The notes: a model not told the origin generated them from the sequence alone. Counted from the first letter of the stretch, positions 15,629 through 25,530 are shown. The stretch is 64,000 nucleotides of DNA from an uncultured Chloroflexia bacterium (GCA_963712745.1 CAVQJC010000005.1:128001-192000), one strand, 5' to 3'. A program made the numbers and translations.

Positions 15629-18193
15629 TCAGGGCGAAGCGGCGCCCAGCTCGCGCATCGACACGTCCGTGAGCAGGCAGTCGCCCGAGCGTGGCGTCAG
15701 CTGGACGATGGCGCTGGACGTGTCCGGCGGCGAGATGGTCAAGGCGAACGTCGTGCCGCTCTCCCCGAGCACGACCGGCTGGCGGTCTCGACCGGTGAAG
15801 CGGCCGTCATCGTCCTTCCACTGCACCAGGATCACCAGCTCCCCTGGCCCACCCTTACCACACGCCCCGCGCACCACCACCGCATAGGCCGTCTCCGGCT
15901 CGGCCGCGACGGTGACCTTGGCACTGGAACCGCGCGGCGTGACGAGACCATCGCCCTCCGCCACCGCCTCACCCTTGAGCTCCCAGCCACCCTCGCTGTC
16001 AGACGGCGGGGGCAGCAGCTCGGTGCCCAGGTCCCAGCCGGCTCCGGGCCCGGCCTCGGATGCGGCCACGAGCCGGAACAGGTAGGTCCCATCCTCGGCC
16101 GCCACCAGCTCCGTCTGGGCCTCCAGGAACCCGAGCGAGAGAGCGTGGCTGTCCCAGTAGTCCTCGGGCGAGCCATTGCGCTCCCAGGCGACGAACTCGA
16201 CCCCCCGGCCGTCGAGCGCCTCGCGGACCTCGTCGTCGGTAGTACCCAGCTCGGCCGGCTTGGCCACCTCGACCGCAGCCTCGGTGTAGACCTCCGAGGC
16301 GATCCCACCGAGCCACAGCAACGGCCGGTCCGCACCCACGATGTCCGAGCTGGCCCGCAGGACGCCGTAGCCGCGGATGAGCTCGGCGGCGGCCTCGTCG
16401 CGGTCCATGCGGGCGAGCCAGAAGTCGACCGGCACCTGGCTGCGTCGCGTGGGCAGGGCCATGAACGGCGTGAGCACGATGGCGGCCACCACCAGCCAGG
16501 CCACCGAGGCCGGCACCCAGCGCGGACCCGCCGCAGCGAGGATCCGGCGCAGCCCGGCTGCGCCCGCGCCGACCAGCCCGGAGGCCAGCACCAGCAGCGG
16601 CAGCGAGTAGCGCAGGTACTGCGCCGTGAAGGCCCAGGCCAGGAGGCCGAGGCCCACCGCGACCAGCACCAGCGCCGTCGGCCGGCTGCGCGGGGCGAAC
16701 ACGACGAGCGGCAGGGCCATGAGGAAGACCACGCCGATGGCACCCGCGCCGGCAGGGCCAAAGAGCCCGCCGTCGAAGGTCATCGACCAGGGCATCAGCA
16801 GGATGCTCAGCGGGTCGCGCCCGACCCCGAAGCCCTCGAGGTCGGCGGCCACGTCACGCTCGGTCCCGAAGAGGATGGACATGAGCAGGTCCAGGCCGGG
16901 GAACGTGCCGGTGATGGCGAACGAGCGCCACAGCCAGGGGAAGGTGATGAGCCCGCCGGCCAGCATGGCCAGGCCGGCCGTGAAACGGGAGCGCAGCGTG
17001 AAGCGCTCGCGTCCCACCAGCAGCACTGCCAGGCCCAGGGCGCCGACCGCGGTCGCGGCCACCGTCTTGGCGGCGAAGGCCATGCCGGCCAGGAACCCGG
17101 CCAGCACCAGCACCCGGGCGGCGCCCGTGCGCTGCCAGAGCACCACCGCGATGGCGGAGGCCACCATGAACAGCGCCGGATAGAGGTCGACGTAGGCGTG
17201 GCCGATCTCCCACAGGAATAGCGGCGTGGCCATGAACGTGGCGGCGGCGATGATGCCCGCGAAGCGCCCGCCCAGCAGTTGCGCCAGCGCGGCCGCACCG
17301 GCACCCGCCATGAGGCCCACCACCGCGTGGCTGAGCGAGACGCCGGCCATACCGCCGATGGCCCAGGCAGGCACCGACACCACCTGCGCGTGGATGGGAT
17401 AGCGGCTCGTCCACCAGGGCAGCTCGGGCACGCTGCCCGTCTGCCAGATCTCACGCGTGATGGGCAGGTGGTGGCGGACGGCATCGCTCAAGGTCTCCGG
17501 CACGAACGCATAGAGCAGCCCGAACGCCACGAAGCCGGCCACCAGCGCGACCAGGACGGCGGAGCTCAGCGCGGGGCGGCCCCAGGCCGGGGCGCGGACC
17601 GCCGGGCGGCCGTTCCGCAGGACCACGACGGCGGCGGCGAGCACGAGCGCCAGGTCGACGGCCACGATGGCCGGGCCGGTCAGCAGTCCGACCGATCCAA
17701 GCAGCAGGTAGGCCAGGCCCAACGCGCCCGAGCCGGTGGCGAAGGCCAGCACGGCCCCGGCCAGGGCCGGCACGGGTGGGGGCACGGGTGGGGGCACGGC
17801 CAGCCTGACCACGGCTGCTCCGATGAGCCAGGCCAGGGCGGTCTGTGCGGCCACGACCGCCAGCGCCGCGACCGAATCGGTGAGCAGCCCGCCCACCGCC
17901 ACCACCAGCGCTGCCGCCAGCAGCGCGGCCGGGATGGTCAGGCTGCGCCGGAGGAGCCAGACCAGGAGCGTGGGCACGGCCACTGCGGCGTAGACGACGG
18001 CCGCAGCCAGCACGACCGACTCGCTCCAGAAGGTTCGCGCGGCCTCGCCCAGCACCGGCCCACCCGCCAGCCGCACGGCCATGGTCACGCCCAGCACCAG
18101 GATGACGACCATCCAGCCCAGCGCTGCCCAGGCCAGCCATCGCGGGCCGGCGGGCCAGCGGCGGGCAGGCGCGGTCGAGTCGGTCGTGGTCAC
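15629..18193 (-). CDS. Large polytopic GT-C fold (ArnT/PMT-like) glycosyltransferase with extracellular C-terminal domain
   Basis: Many TM helices; DAVRHHL, AYVDL, GMAFAAK, PWLWRSFAITG.FP, RYSLPL; overlaps the GT2 gene. Confidence 0.72.
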   Translation of the reverse strand: MTTTDSTAPARRWPAGPRWLAWAALGWMVVILVLGVTMAVRLAGGPVLGEAARTFWSESVVLAAAVVYAAVAVPTLLVWLLRRSLTIPAALLAAALVVAVGGLLTDSVAALAVVAAQTALAWLIGAAVVRLAVPPPVPPPVPALAGAVLAFATGSGALGLAYLLLGSVGLLTGPAIVAVDLALVLAAAVVVLRNGRPAVRAPAWGRPALSSAVLVALVAGFVAFGLLYAFVPETLSDAVRHHLPITREIWQTGSVPELPWWTSRYPIHAQVVSVPAWAIGGMAGVSLSHAVVGLMAGAGAAALAQLLGGRFAGIIAAATFMATPLFLWEIGHAYVDLYPALFMVASAIAVVLWQRTGAARVLVLAGFLAGMAFAAKTVAATAVGALGLAVLLVGRERFTLRSRFTAGLAMLAGGLITFPWLWRSFAITGTFPGLDLLMSILFGTERDVAADLEGFGVGRDPLSILLMPWSMTFDGGLFGPAGAGAIGVVFLMALPLVVFAPRSRPTALVLVAVGLGLLAWAFTAQYLRYSLPLLVLASGLVGAGAAGLRRILAAAGPRWVPASVAWLVVAAIVLTPFMALPTRRSQVPVDFWLARMDRDEAAAELIRGYGVLRASSDIVGADRPLLWLGGIASEVYTEAAVEVAKPAELGTTDDEVREALDGRGVEFVAWERNGSPEDYWDSHALSLGFLEAQTELVAAEDGTYLFRLVAASEAGPGAGWDLGTELLPPPSDSEGGWELKGEAVAEGDGLVTPRGSSAKVTVAAEPETAYAVVVRGACGKGGPGELVILVQWKDDDGRFTGRDRQPVVLGESGTTFALTISPPDTSSAIVQLTPRSGDCLLTDVSMRELGAASP

Positions 18194-19188
18194 CGCCCGG
18201 GAGGTGGCTCCCGGCGCCGGCCCAGGTCCGGACCGAGCGGCTCGGTGGGCGTGGAGGCCACGTCGAACTGGAAGAACGCCAGCAGCAGCTGGACGCCCAC
18301 GATGATGGGCAGTGCCGCGATCATCACCTGTCCACTGGTGGCCACGATGCCCTGCGACGAGGCGCCGATCCAGGTGGAGGCCCCGTAGACGAAGCCGAAG
18401 AGCAGCAGCGGCAGGGCCAGCAGCAGCTGCAGGCTGGCGGCCGAGAAACCGCGCAGGTAGTGGTTGTAGACGATGCGCTTGGCGAAGGCCTTGAGGTGGC
18501 CCACGAGGAAGGGCCAGATGATCCGACTCACGCTCAGGCCGGAGCGCTCCCCTCCGTACACCGCGTCCATGGGCACGTCCTTGACCACGGCCCGGATGGT
18601 GCCCAGGCGGAAGAGCACGTCGCTCTCGAAGAAGTAGTCATCGGCGATCTTGTCCAGCGGGAGCAGGACCAGGGCGGTCCGGCCGATGCCCACGTAGCCG
18701 TTGGTCGGGTCGAACGTCTGCCAGTACCCCGACGAGGCCTTGGACATGAACGAGAGCACGGCGTTCCCCAGCAGGCGCAGCCTGGGCATGCGCGAAAGGC
18801 TCTCGGGGTCGAAGAAGCGGTTGCCCTTGGTGTAGTCGGCCTTGCCCTCGCGGATGGGATCGACGAAGCGCATGAGCAGGCTCGGGTCCATCTGGCCGTC
18901 ACCGTCGATCTTGACGACCACGTCGCAGCCGTCGTCGAGGGCGGCCCGCCAGCCGGTCTTGACCGCCGCGCCGACACCGCCGTTCTCTTCGCGCACGATG
19001 ACGTTGACACGCGCGTCGTGGCACTCGGACCTGACCAGTGCTCCGCTGCCGTCGGGACAGGCGTCGTCGACGACGAAGATGACGTCGGCCTCGGGACCGA
19101 TGCGCTCGATGACGCCGACGATGTGGTCGGTCACGCGGTACGCGGGGATGACCACACCGAGCCGAGCGTCCTGCGGTACCTCCCTCAC
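18190..19188 (-). CDS. GT2 polyprenol-phosphate glycosyltransferase (DPM-synthase-like) with two C-terminal TM helices
   Basis: VVIPAY, VVDDACPD, NGGVGAA, KIDGDGQMDP, DYTKGNRF, DPTNGY. Confidence 0.9.
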   Translation of the reverse strand: MREVPQDARLGVVIPAYRVTDHIVGVIERIGPEADVIFVVDDACPDGSGALVRSECHDARVNVIVREENGGVGAAVKTGWRAALDDGCDVVVKIDGDGQMDPSLLMRFVDPIREGKADYTKGNRFFDPESLSRMPRLRLLGNAVLSFMSKASSGYWQTFDPTNGYVGIGRTALVLLPLDKIADDYFFESDVLFRLGTIRAVVKDVPMDAVYGGERSGLSVSRIIWPFLVGHLKAFAKRIVYNHYLRGFSAASLQLLLALPLLLFGFVYGASTWIGASSQGIVATSGQVMIAALPIIVGVQLLLAFFQFDVASTPTEPLGPDLGRRREPPPGR

Positions 19189-19307
19189 CGAGCGATTGTA
19201 TCGGCTGAGCCCGGCCTCAAACCCGCGCGTTCCGGGCGCCGCCGGCGCCGCGCCGCATGATCGTGCGTATCCTGCGCCGCCGGCGCCGCGTGGTGCACAC
19301 TCCCGCC

Positions 19308-20459
19308 ATGACCACCGAGCAAGGCAGCCGACGCAGGGAGTGGGGCAAGCGCCTGGCCGGCCTCGCCATCAGCCTCATCGCCATCGTCATCGTGGTCCGC
19401 ACCGTGGACGTCGCGGCCACGCTCGATGTGTTGAGTCGCGCCGACCTGCTCTATGTCGCGGGGGTCATGGTGGTGCTGGCGGCGCAGGTCGCGGTACGCG
19501 GCTGGCGCTGGCGGATCCTGCTGCCGCCACGACCCGACGGTAGCCAGGTCCCGGTGCGACGAACGATCTCGCCGATGCTCATCGGCTATCTCGGCAACGC
19601 GGTCCTGCCCGCCCGCCTGGGCGAAGCCATCCGCTCGTTCCTGGTGGCGCGGCGAGAGCAGCTCGTGCCGCTGGAAGCCTTCGGGGCCACGATGCTCGAA
19701 CGGCTGGTGGACGTGGTCGTGCTCGCACTCATCGGCCTGACCGCCGCCATCCTGCTCGGGGCGGAGTGGTGGATCGTCACCATCGGCCTGGTCGGGGGGC
19801 TCGGCGGCGTGGTCGTGCTGGTGCTGCTCGTGGTGCTCGGCTTCGGGCGGCTGGTCGACATCGGCCGGGCCATCCTGGCCCGCCTTCACCTCGCCGAGCG
19901 GTTCGAGAAGGTCCTGGGCTGGGCCTCGTCGTTCGCGGCCGGCGTGGACCGGGGCCGCGACGTCCCCCGGCTGCTGGCGGTGTCTCTCATCAGCGTCCTG
20001 GCCTGGGTCCTCGACGCGACCATCTTCTTCCTGGTGGCCCGCTCGCTGGGCATCGAGCTGGGCTTTGCCGAGGCCGTCCTCATCGGTGCCGTCTCGGTCC
20101 TCGCCACCGCCATCCCGGCCGCTCCCGGCTACGTGGGCACGTTCGAGCTGGCCGCCACGGCCACCGGCGTGGCCCTGGGCATCCCCCGCCCGGAGGCCCT
20201 GGCGCTGGCGGTGCTGGTGCACCTGGTCACGGTCATCCCCATCGCGCTCTCGGGCGCCCTGGCTTTGCTGCTGACCGGGGCCCGCCTGGGCACCATCGCG
20301 GCCGAGGCCGAGGAGGCCGAGCAACCCCACGAGCGAACGACCGAGGAAACGGCCGAGCATCCGGGCGAGGAGGCTCAGCGCCCGGTCGAAGAGGCTGGGC
20401 GCCCGGTCGAGGAGGCTGAGCGCCCGGTCGAGGAGGCTGAGCGCCCGGTCGAGCCCTGA
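19308..20459 (+). CDS. Lysylphosphatidylglycerol synthase TM-domain / UPF0104 flippase-like protein
   Basis: RGWRWRILL, IGYLGNAVLPARLGEAIR, ERLVD, IPAAPGYVGTFE. Confidence 0.88.
   Translation: MTTEQGSRRREWGKRLAGLAISLIAIVIVVRTVDVAATLDVLSRADLLYVAGVMVVLAAQVAVRGWRWRILLPPRPDGSQVPVRRTISPMLIGYLGNAVLPARLGEAIRSFLVARREQLVPLEAFGATMLERLVDVVVLALIGLTAAILLGAEWWIVTIGLVGGLGGVVVLVLLVVLGFGRLVDIGRAILARLHLAERFEKVLGWASSFAAGVDRGRDVPRLLAVSLISVLAWVLDATIFFLVARSLGIELGFAEAVLIGAVSVLATAIPAAPGYVGTFELAATATGVALGIPRPEALALAVLVHLVTVIPIALSGALALLLTGARLGTIAAEAEEAEQPHERTTEETAEHPGEEAQRPVEEAGRPVEEAERPVEEAERPVEP
20367..20450. repeat. 21-bp tandem repeat x4, in frame (EEAERPV) at the flippase C-terminus
   Basis: gaggaggctgagcgcccggtc variants at 20367, 20388, 20409 and 20430. 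Confidence 0.95.
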
Positions 20460-20506
20460 CGTAGTGTCTTGCGCACGAGGAAGCCGACCAGGGACGAGGA
20501 GGTTCG

Positions 20507-21526
20507 ATGGAGCTGACCCGGCGTGAACGCGTGCGACGCGCCCTGACCTACCAGGAGGTCGACCGGCTGCCGACGCAGTTCAACTACACCGCCTCCATGG
20601 GCCAGGCCATGGCCGAGCACTTCGGGGTCGACCTTGCCGACCTGCCGGCGCGGCTGGACAACCACCTGGTGCGGCTCGACATGACCTACGAGACGCGCTA
20701 CAGCGAGGACGGCAAGGCGCGGTTCGACTGGTGGGGCGCCGGGCACGACACCGAGGAAGAGGGCTACTACATCCGCCTGGCCCCACTGCACGCGGACCCC
20801 GACCTCGACGCCTTCGACTGGCCAGACCCGCACGACCCGCACCTGCTCGACGAGGCCCGGACCGTGCGTGAGCGGGTGGGTGACAGTGCCTTCGTGGTGC
20901 CCAACATCGGCTGGGCCCTCTTCGAGCGGGCATGGTCCCTGCGCGGTTTCGAGAACACGCTGCTGGAGCTGGCACTGGACCCCGGCTACGTGGGCGAGCT
21001 CATGGACCGCATCGTCGATATCCGCCTCGTGGTCATCGAGCGCTACCTGGAGCTGGGCGTCGACGGCGGCTACTTCGGCGACGACTACGGGGCCCAGGTC
21101 GGCACCCTCTTCAGCCCGACCACCTGGCGTGAGCTGGTCAAGCCACGCCTGGCCCGCCTCTTCGCGCCGTTCGTGGAGCGCGGCCTGCCGGTGCTCATGC
21201 ACTCGGACGGCGACATCGCGCCCATCGTCCCCGACCTCGTGGAGATCGGCCTGACCTGCCTCAACCCGGTCCAGCCGGAGGTCGTGGACCACGCATGGCT
21301 GCACGACGAGTTCGACGGGCGGCTGGCCTTCTACGGCGGAGTCTCGACCCAGACGGTGCTGCCGTACGGCACGCCCGAGGAGGTCCGGGAGGCCGCGCGG
21401 GCCTGCGTCTCGACCCTGGCGCCCGGGGGGACGGGGCTGATGCTGGCGCCCTCGCACCGCATGATGAGCGACGTGTCCATGGCCAACATCGAGGCGCTCA
21501 TGGACGCGATGCACGAGTTCTGCTGA
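20507..21526 (+). CDS. Uroporphyrinogen decarboxylase superfamily protein (MtaA/CmuA-like)
   Basis: RRERVRRAL..QEVDRLP, LFERAWSLRGFEN, GDDYG.Q, MHSDG, LNPVQP, FYGGVSTQ..LP.GTPEEVRE, APSH. Confidence 0.88.
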   Translation: MELTRRERVRRALTYQEVDRLPTQFNYTASMGQAMAEHFGVDLADLPARLDNHLVRLDMTYETRYSEDGKARFDWWGAGHDTEEEGYYIRLAPLHADPDLDAFDWPDPHDPHLLDEARTVRERVGDSAFVVPNIGWALFERAWSLRGFENTLLELALDPGYVGELMDRIVDIRLVVIERYLELGVDGGYFGDDYGAQVGTLFSPTTWRELVKPRLARLFAPFVERGLPVLMHSDGDIAPIVPDLVEIGLTCLNPVQPEVVDHAWLHDEFDGRLAFYGGVSTQTVLPYGTPEEVREAARACVSTLAPGGTGLMLAPSHRMMSDVSMANIEALMDAMHEFC

Positions 21527-21529
21527 GCC

Positions 21530-22771
21530 GTGGACTCTGCACGGCGGAAGGAGGAGTGGCCACTGAGGCGGAAGGAGGAGTGGCCACAGAGGCGGAAGGA
21601 GGAGTGGCCACTGAGGCGGAAGGAGGCCCTGCGCCTGGAGTTCGCCAAGATGTACGGGGCCGAGCCCACGGCCTGGTTCCGCGCACCCGGCCGGGTCGAC
21701 CTGATGGGCAGCCATACCGACTACAACGACGGCTACGTGGCCACCATGACGGTCGACCTCGACACCTGGATCGCCGTCCGGCCGCGCCGCGACCGGCGCG
21801 TGCGCATCGCCTCGCTGAACCTGGCGGGCACGGCCGACTTCGACGTGGGTGTCACCGAGCACGACCGCGAGGTGCCCTGGACCGACTACGTGCGCGGCGT
21901 GGCGGCGGTCCTGGCGGCCGACGGCATCGAGCTCGCGGGCTTCGATGGCCTGCTCCACAGCACGGTCCCGTTCGGCAGCGGCCTGTCGTCATCGGCAGCC
22001 ATCGAGACGGCGGTGCTGCTGGCCTTCGGGGCGGTCAGTGGCCTGGAGCTGGAGCCGCTGGAGCTGGCGCTGCTGGGCCAGCGCGTGGAGAACGAGTTCG
22101 TGGGCGTCGCTTGCGGCATCCTCGACCAGTACACCTCGGTGCTGGGCACAGCCGGGCACGCGCTGCTGCTCGATTGCCGGGCGCTGACGAGCGAGCCGGT
22201 GAGCATCTCGCCGGAGCTGGCGGTGGTCATCTGCGACACGCGCGCACCGCGGCAGCTGACCGGTTCCGAGTACGACGACCGCCGGGCCGACTGCGAGGCC
22301 GGAGCGCGCTACTTCGCGGGCCTCGATTCGGGGGTGCGGGCCCTGCGCGACGTGAGTCTTCCGCTGTTCGACGCGCACGAGGCGGAGCTGCCGGAGCGCG
22401 TGGCGCGGCGCTGCCGCTTCATCATCGAGGAGAACGCGCGCGTGCTGGAGCTGGCCTCGGCCCTGCCCGCGGCCGACCACGACCGGCTGAGGAGGCTCTT
22501 CGACGCCTCGTGGAGGGATGCCAACGAGCTCTTCGAGATCGGGGCGCCGTCGATGTCGGCCATGTACGCGGCCATGGACCGTGCCCCGGGGCTCATCGCG
22601 CGACGGCAGGCCGGGGCCGGATTCGGCGGCTGCCTGGTGGCCGTCGTCGATCGCTGGTCGGTCGACGAGTTCGCGGCGCACGTGGGGCTCGAGTACCACG
22701 GCGCCACCGGCATCGAGCCGCGCGTCTTCGCGGTCGAGGCATCGCCGGGAGCATCGGAGGTCCCCGTCTGA
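21530..22771 (+). CDS. galK: Galactokinase (GHMP kinase)
   Basis: APGRVDLMGSHTDYNDG, VPFGSGLSSSAA, ENEFVGVACGILDQ, GAGFGGC. Confidence 0.88.
   Translation: MDSARRKEEWPLRRKEEWPQRRKEEWPLRRKEALRLEFAKMYGAEPTAWFRAPGRVDLMGSHTDYNDGYVATMTVDLDTWIAVRPRRDRRVRIASLNLAGTADFDVGVTEHDREVPWTDYVRGVAAVLAADGIELAGFDGLLHSTVPFGSGLSSSAAIETAVLLAFGAVSGLELEPLELALLGQRVENEFVGVACGILDQYTSVLGTAGHALLLDCRALTSEPVSISPELAVVICDTRAPRQLTGSEYDDRRADCEAGARYFAGLDSGVRALRDVSLPLFDAHEAELPERVARRCRFIIEENARVLELASALPAADHDRLRRLFDASWRDANELFEIGAPSMSAMYAAMDRAPGLIARRQAGAGFGGCLVAVVDRWSVDEFAAHVGLEYHGATGIEPRVFAVEASPGASEVPV
21543..21626. repeat. 24-bp tandem repeat x3.5, in frame (RRKEEWPL) at the galK N-terminus; each unit carries AAGGAGG
   Basis: ggcggaaggaggagtggccactga at 21543, 21567 and 21591, partial copy at 21615. 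Confidence 0.95.
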
Positions 22772-22877
22772 GCGTCACCCGCGGCCCGATCGCTGCTCCG
22801 CCCGCGCCCCCGATCGCTGCTCAACGGGACAGCGCGACGCTCCAGCCCCGATCGCCGCTCCGCCCGCGCCCCCGATC

Positions 22878-23023
22878 GCCGTTCAACGGGACAGCGCGAC
22901 GCTCCAGCCCCGGTTCCGGCGACTTTCGTGCACCAGGTGGCACAAACTGACACCGCTGCTCACCAGGTGATCAGAACCTGCGGATCCCGGGGTCGTGCTG
23001 GTCGAGTTGTCCCGCTGAACGGC
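22878..23023 (+). mobile_element. ~146 bp fold-back element with 23-bp imperfect terminal inverted repeats (MITE/REPIN-like), copy 1
   Basis: Left end gccgttcaacgggacagcgcgac; right end gtcgagttgtcccgctgaacggc (reverse complement gccgttcagcgggacaactcgac). Confidence 0.75.
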
Positions 23024-23155
23024 AAACGGCCTCCAGGGCGAGCGCCCGAGCGGCAAGCGCCCGTCAGCGGCAAACAGCCTCAGAGGCACCGACCTACGCC
23101 TGCCCGGAAGCGTCGAACCCAAGAGCGACGCCCAGCTCCGCCCGCGCCCCCGATC

Positions 23156-23301
23156 GCCGTTCAACGGGACAGCGCGACGCTCCAGCCCCGGTTCCGGCGA
23201 CTTTCGTGCACCAGGTGGCACAAACTGACACCGCTGCTCACCAGGTGATCAGAACCTGCGGATCCCGGGGTCGTGCTGGTCGAGTTGTCCCGCTGAACGG
23301 C
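23156..23301 (+). mobile_element. Fold-back element copy 2 (identical to copy 1, offset 278 bp)
   Basis: 22857-23031 reads identically to 23135-23309. Confidence 0.75.
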
Positions 23302-23500
23302 AAACGGCCCTCAGGGCGAGCACCCTCCGGGGCAAACGGCCCTCAGGGCAAACACCCGAGCGGCAACGCCCTCCAGGGCAAACACCCTCCAGGGCAAACA
23401 CCCTCCAGGGCTAACGACCTCCAGGGCAAACACCCTCCAGGGCAAACGCCCTCCAGGGCAAACACCCTCCAGGGCAAACGGCCTCCAGGGCAAACGGCCT
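23302..23500. repeat. 16-bp tandem array (ctccagggcaaacacc), ~12 units, 8 well conserved
   Basis: Conserved units run 23371-23500; degenerate units directly follow the element end. Confidence 0.92.
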
Positions 23501-23520
23501 CAGAGGCGCCGACCCCACGC

Positions 23521-25530
23521 CTACCCGGATGCGTCGAACCCAAGAGCGGCGCCCAGCTCCGGCGCCAACGAACGTGAGAATGGCTCGGTCAGGTGGTGCC
23601 CGTCGCGGTAGACGACGGTGTTGTCCACGACCATGGGGCACCCGTCGCCGTCGCAGAACCAGGGTGTGGGGTCGATGAACTCGCCACCCATAGCCTCGGC
23701 CACCGCGGCCTCCACCTCGTACTCGGCCAGCGGGATGGCCGCGGTTGGCACGGTGCAGGCGCCGAAGTCGCCAGCATGCTGGGCCAGGCAGTCGGGCACG
23801 TCCCATTCGACCGCCGGCACGTCTCCGATGATGACGACCCGCTCGGCCGCATCGCCGATAGCCTCGATGGTGGCGGTCATGCCCCGCTCCCATTCGGCCA
23901 GCACGGCGGGTGGATCGTCGACCCAGTCGCCGTCGATGTAGTAGCCGGGACGCGTTCGGTTGGAGATGACGACCAGCTCGGGCTCGATATCACGGATGCG
24001 CGCCACCGCCCGCTCGCGCCAGGCCTGGCATTCGGGATCCCAGGTCGTCTGGGTCGTGCTGCTCGAGAGCACGTCGGCGGACGGACAAGCCGCCCGGGCG
24101 AGCGAGACCAGGCGCCAGTCGTTCTGCTTGGCCAGCCGGTTCAGCGCGGCGAACCAGCTGCGGGCGTGCGAATCGCCGAAGAGGACCATCGTGCGCGAGC
24201 CATCGGCCGCTCCGTGCACGCAGGCGTCGTAGTCGGCGACCTTCGTCACCTCCTTGCACCAGGCTTTCTTGTTCGGCTTCATCTGGTTCATCGGCGGCTG
24301 CAGCGAGGCCAGCGTGGCAGGCGTGGTGAGGTTCACGAGGCCGATGACCGCGACGCAGGCCAGCACCACCGCCGCCGACGAGGCCAGCGCCTGGCCCAGG
24401 TTGAGGCGCACGCGCGTGCCGATGAGCTTGCCGTAACGCAGCGGGTCCTCCACCAGGCGCTGGGTCAGGGCCGCCAGCGGGATGGCCGAGAGCGCCACCA
24501 GCACCGAGACGCCGAGCGGCAGTGTCCCGCCCCAGATGGCCGCCGCGAACACCAGCAGGGGCCAGTGCCAGAGGTAGATGGAGTAGGAGGTCCGGCCCAG
24601 GAACTGCATGGGGGCCACCCCCAGCCAGCGGGACGGCAGCGACGGGCTGGCGGTGAGGCCGCCGATGATGACCAGGCACGTTCCCAGTACCGGCAGCAGG
24701 GCTGCGGGCCCCGGGAAGGGTGACGACTCGGTGAACCAGACCGCGCTCAGGCCGATCATGAACAGGCCGCCGATGACAAGCGGAACGGACGCCCGCGCCG
24801 GCACCAGCGCAGGGCCGGAGGCACCCGCCCTGGCCAGTCGCGCCACGCCGATGGCGATGAGCGCACCGGCCCCGAGCTCCCAGGCGCGCGTAGGCAGCAG
24901 GTAGAAGGCCCACGGCTGGTTGACCGGCGTGAGCACGAGGGCCCCGATGAGCGAGAGGGCCGAGAGGACGCCGAGACCCAGGAACAGGCCCCGCGTCCGG
25001 CCGCCACTGAAGCGATAGAGCAACAGCATCACGCCGGGCCAGATGATGTAGAACTGCTCCTCCACGCTGAGCGACCAGAAATGGAGCACGGGCGACACGG
25101 CCGACTCGGCCGCGAAGTAGTCGTTGGCCTGGAAGCCAAAGCGCATGTTCGAGAGATAGACCGCGGCACTGGCCACGTCGCCGGCGACGCGGGGCACCTG
25201 GGTCGAGGGCAGTAGCAGCACCGCACCGATGAGGATGACCACCAGCGTCAGCACCGCTGCGGGCAGGAGTCGCCGGGCTCGTCGGGCGTAGAAGTTCGGA
25301 AGCGACAGGCGCCCGGTCCCCTGCAGCTCGCGCAGCAGCAGGCCGGTGATGAGGAAGCCGCTGATGACGAAGAAGACGTCGACGCCGATGTAGCCGCCGG
25401 TGAACCCGGGGACGCCCGCGTGGTACAGCAGCACTAGTACCACCGCGATGGCACGGAGGCCCTCGACGTCCGGGCGGAATCGGCCGTTCCGGCTGTGGGG
25501 CTGCACGGCCTCGGCCGACTGGGTCTCCAT
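23521..25530 (-). CDS. OafA/OatA-type O-acyltransferase (acyltransferase-3 + SGNH domain)
   Basis: FRPDVEGLRAIAV, GGYIGVDVFFVISGFLIT, HFWSLSVEEQFY, SYSIYLWHWP, LFGDSHA, YRDGHHLT. Confidence 0.93.
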   Translation of the reverse strand: METQSAEAVQPHSRNGRFRPDVEGLRAIAVVLVLLYHAGVPGFTGGYIGVDVFFVISGFLITGLLLRELQGTGRLSLPNFYARRARRLLPAAVLTLVVILIGAVLLLPSTQVPRVAGDVASAAVYLSNMRFGFQANDYFAAESAVSPVLHFWSLSVEEQFYIIWPGVMLLLYRFSGGRTRGLFLGLGVLSALSLIGALVLTPVNQPWAFYLLPTRAWELGAGALIAIGVARLARAGASGPALVPARASVPLVIGGLFMIGLSAVWFTESSPFPGPAALLPVLGTCLVIIGGLTASPSLPSRWLGVAPMQFLGRTSYSIYLWHWPLLVFAAAIWGGTLPLGVSVLVALSAIPLAALTQRLVEDPLRYGKLIGTRVRLNLGQALASSAAVVLACVAVIGLVNLTTPATLASLQPPMNQMKPNKKAWCKEVTKVADYDACVHGAADGSRTMVLFGDSHARSWFAALNRLAKQNDWRLVSLARAACPSADVLSSSTTQTTWDPECQAWRERAVARIRDIEPELVVISNRTRPGYYIDGDWVDDPPAVLAEWERGMTATIEAIGDAAERVVIIGDVPAVEWDVPDCLAQHAGDFGACTVPTAAIPLAEYEVEAAVAEAMGGEFIDPTPWFCDGDGCPMVVDNTVVYRDGHHLTEPFSRSLAPELGAALGFDASG

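Noticed and set aside
23302-23500. Possible CRISPR array
   Set aside because: The 16-bp units are contiguous with no unique spacers, and there are no cas genes; the same applies to the other tandem arrays
22883-23577. ORFs over the repeat region as a repeat protein or transposase
   Set aside because: They are translations of non-coding repeats with a 16-bp period; no DDE or HUH motifs
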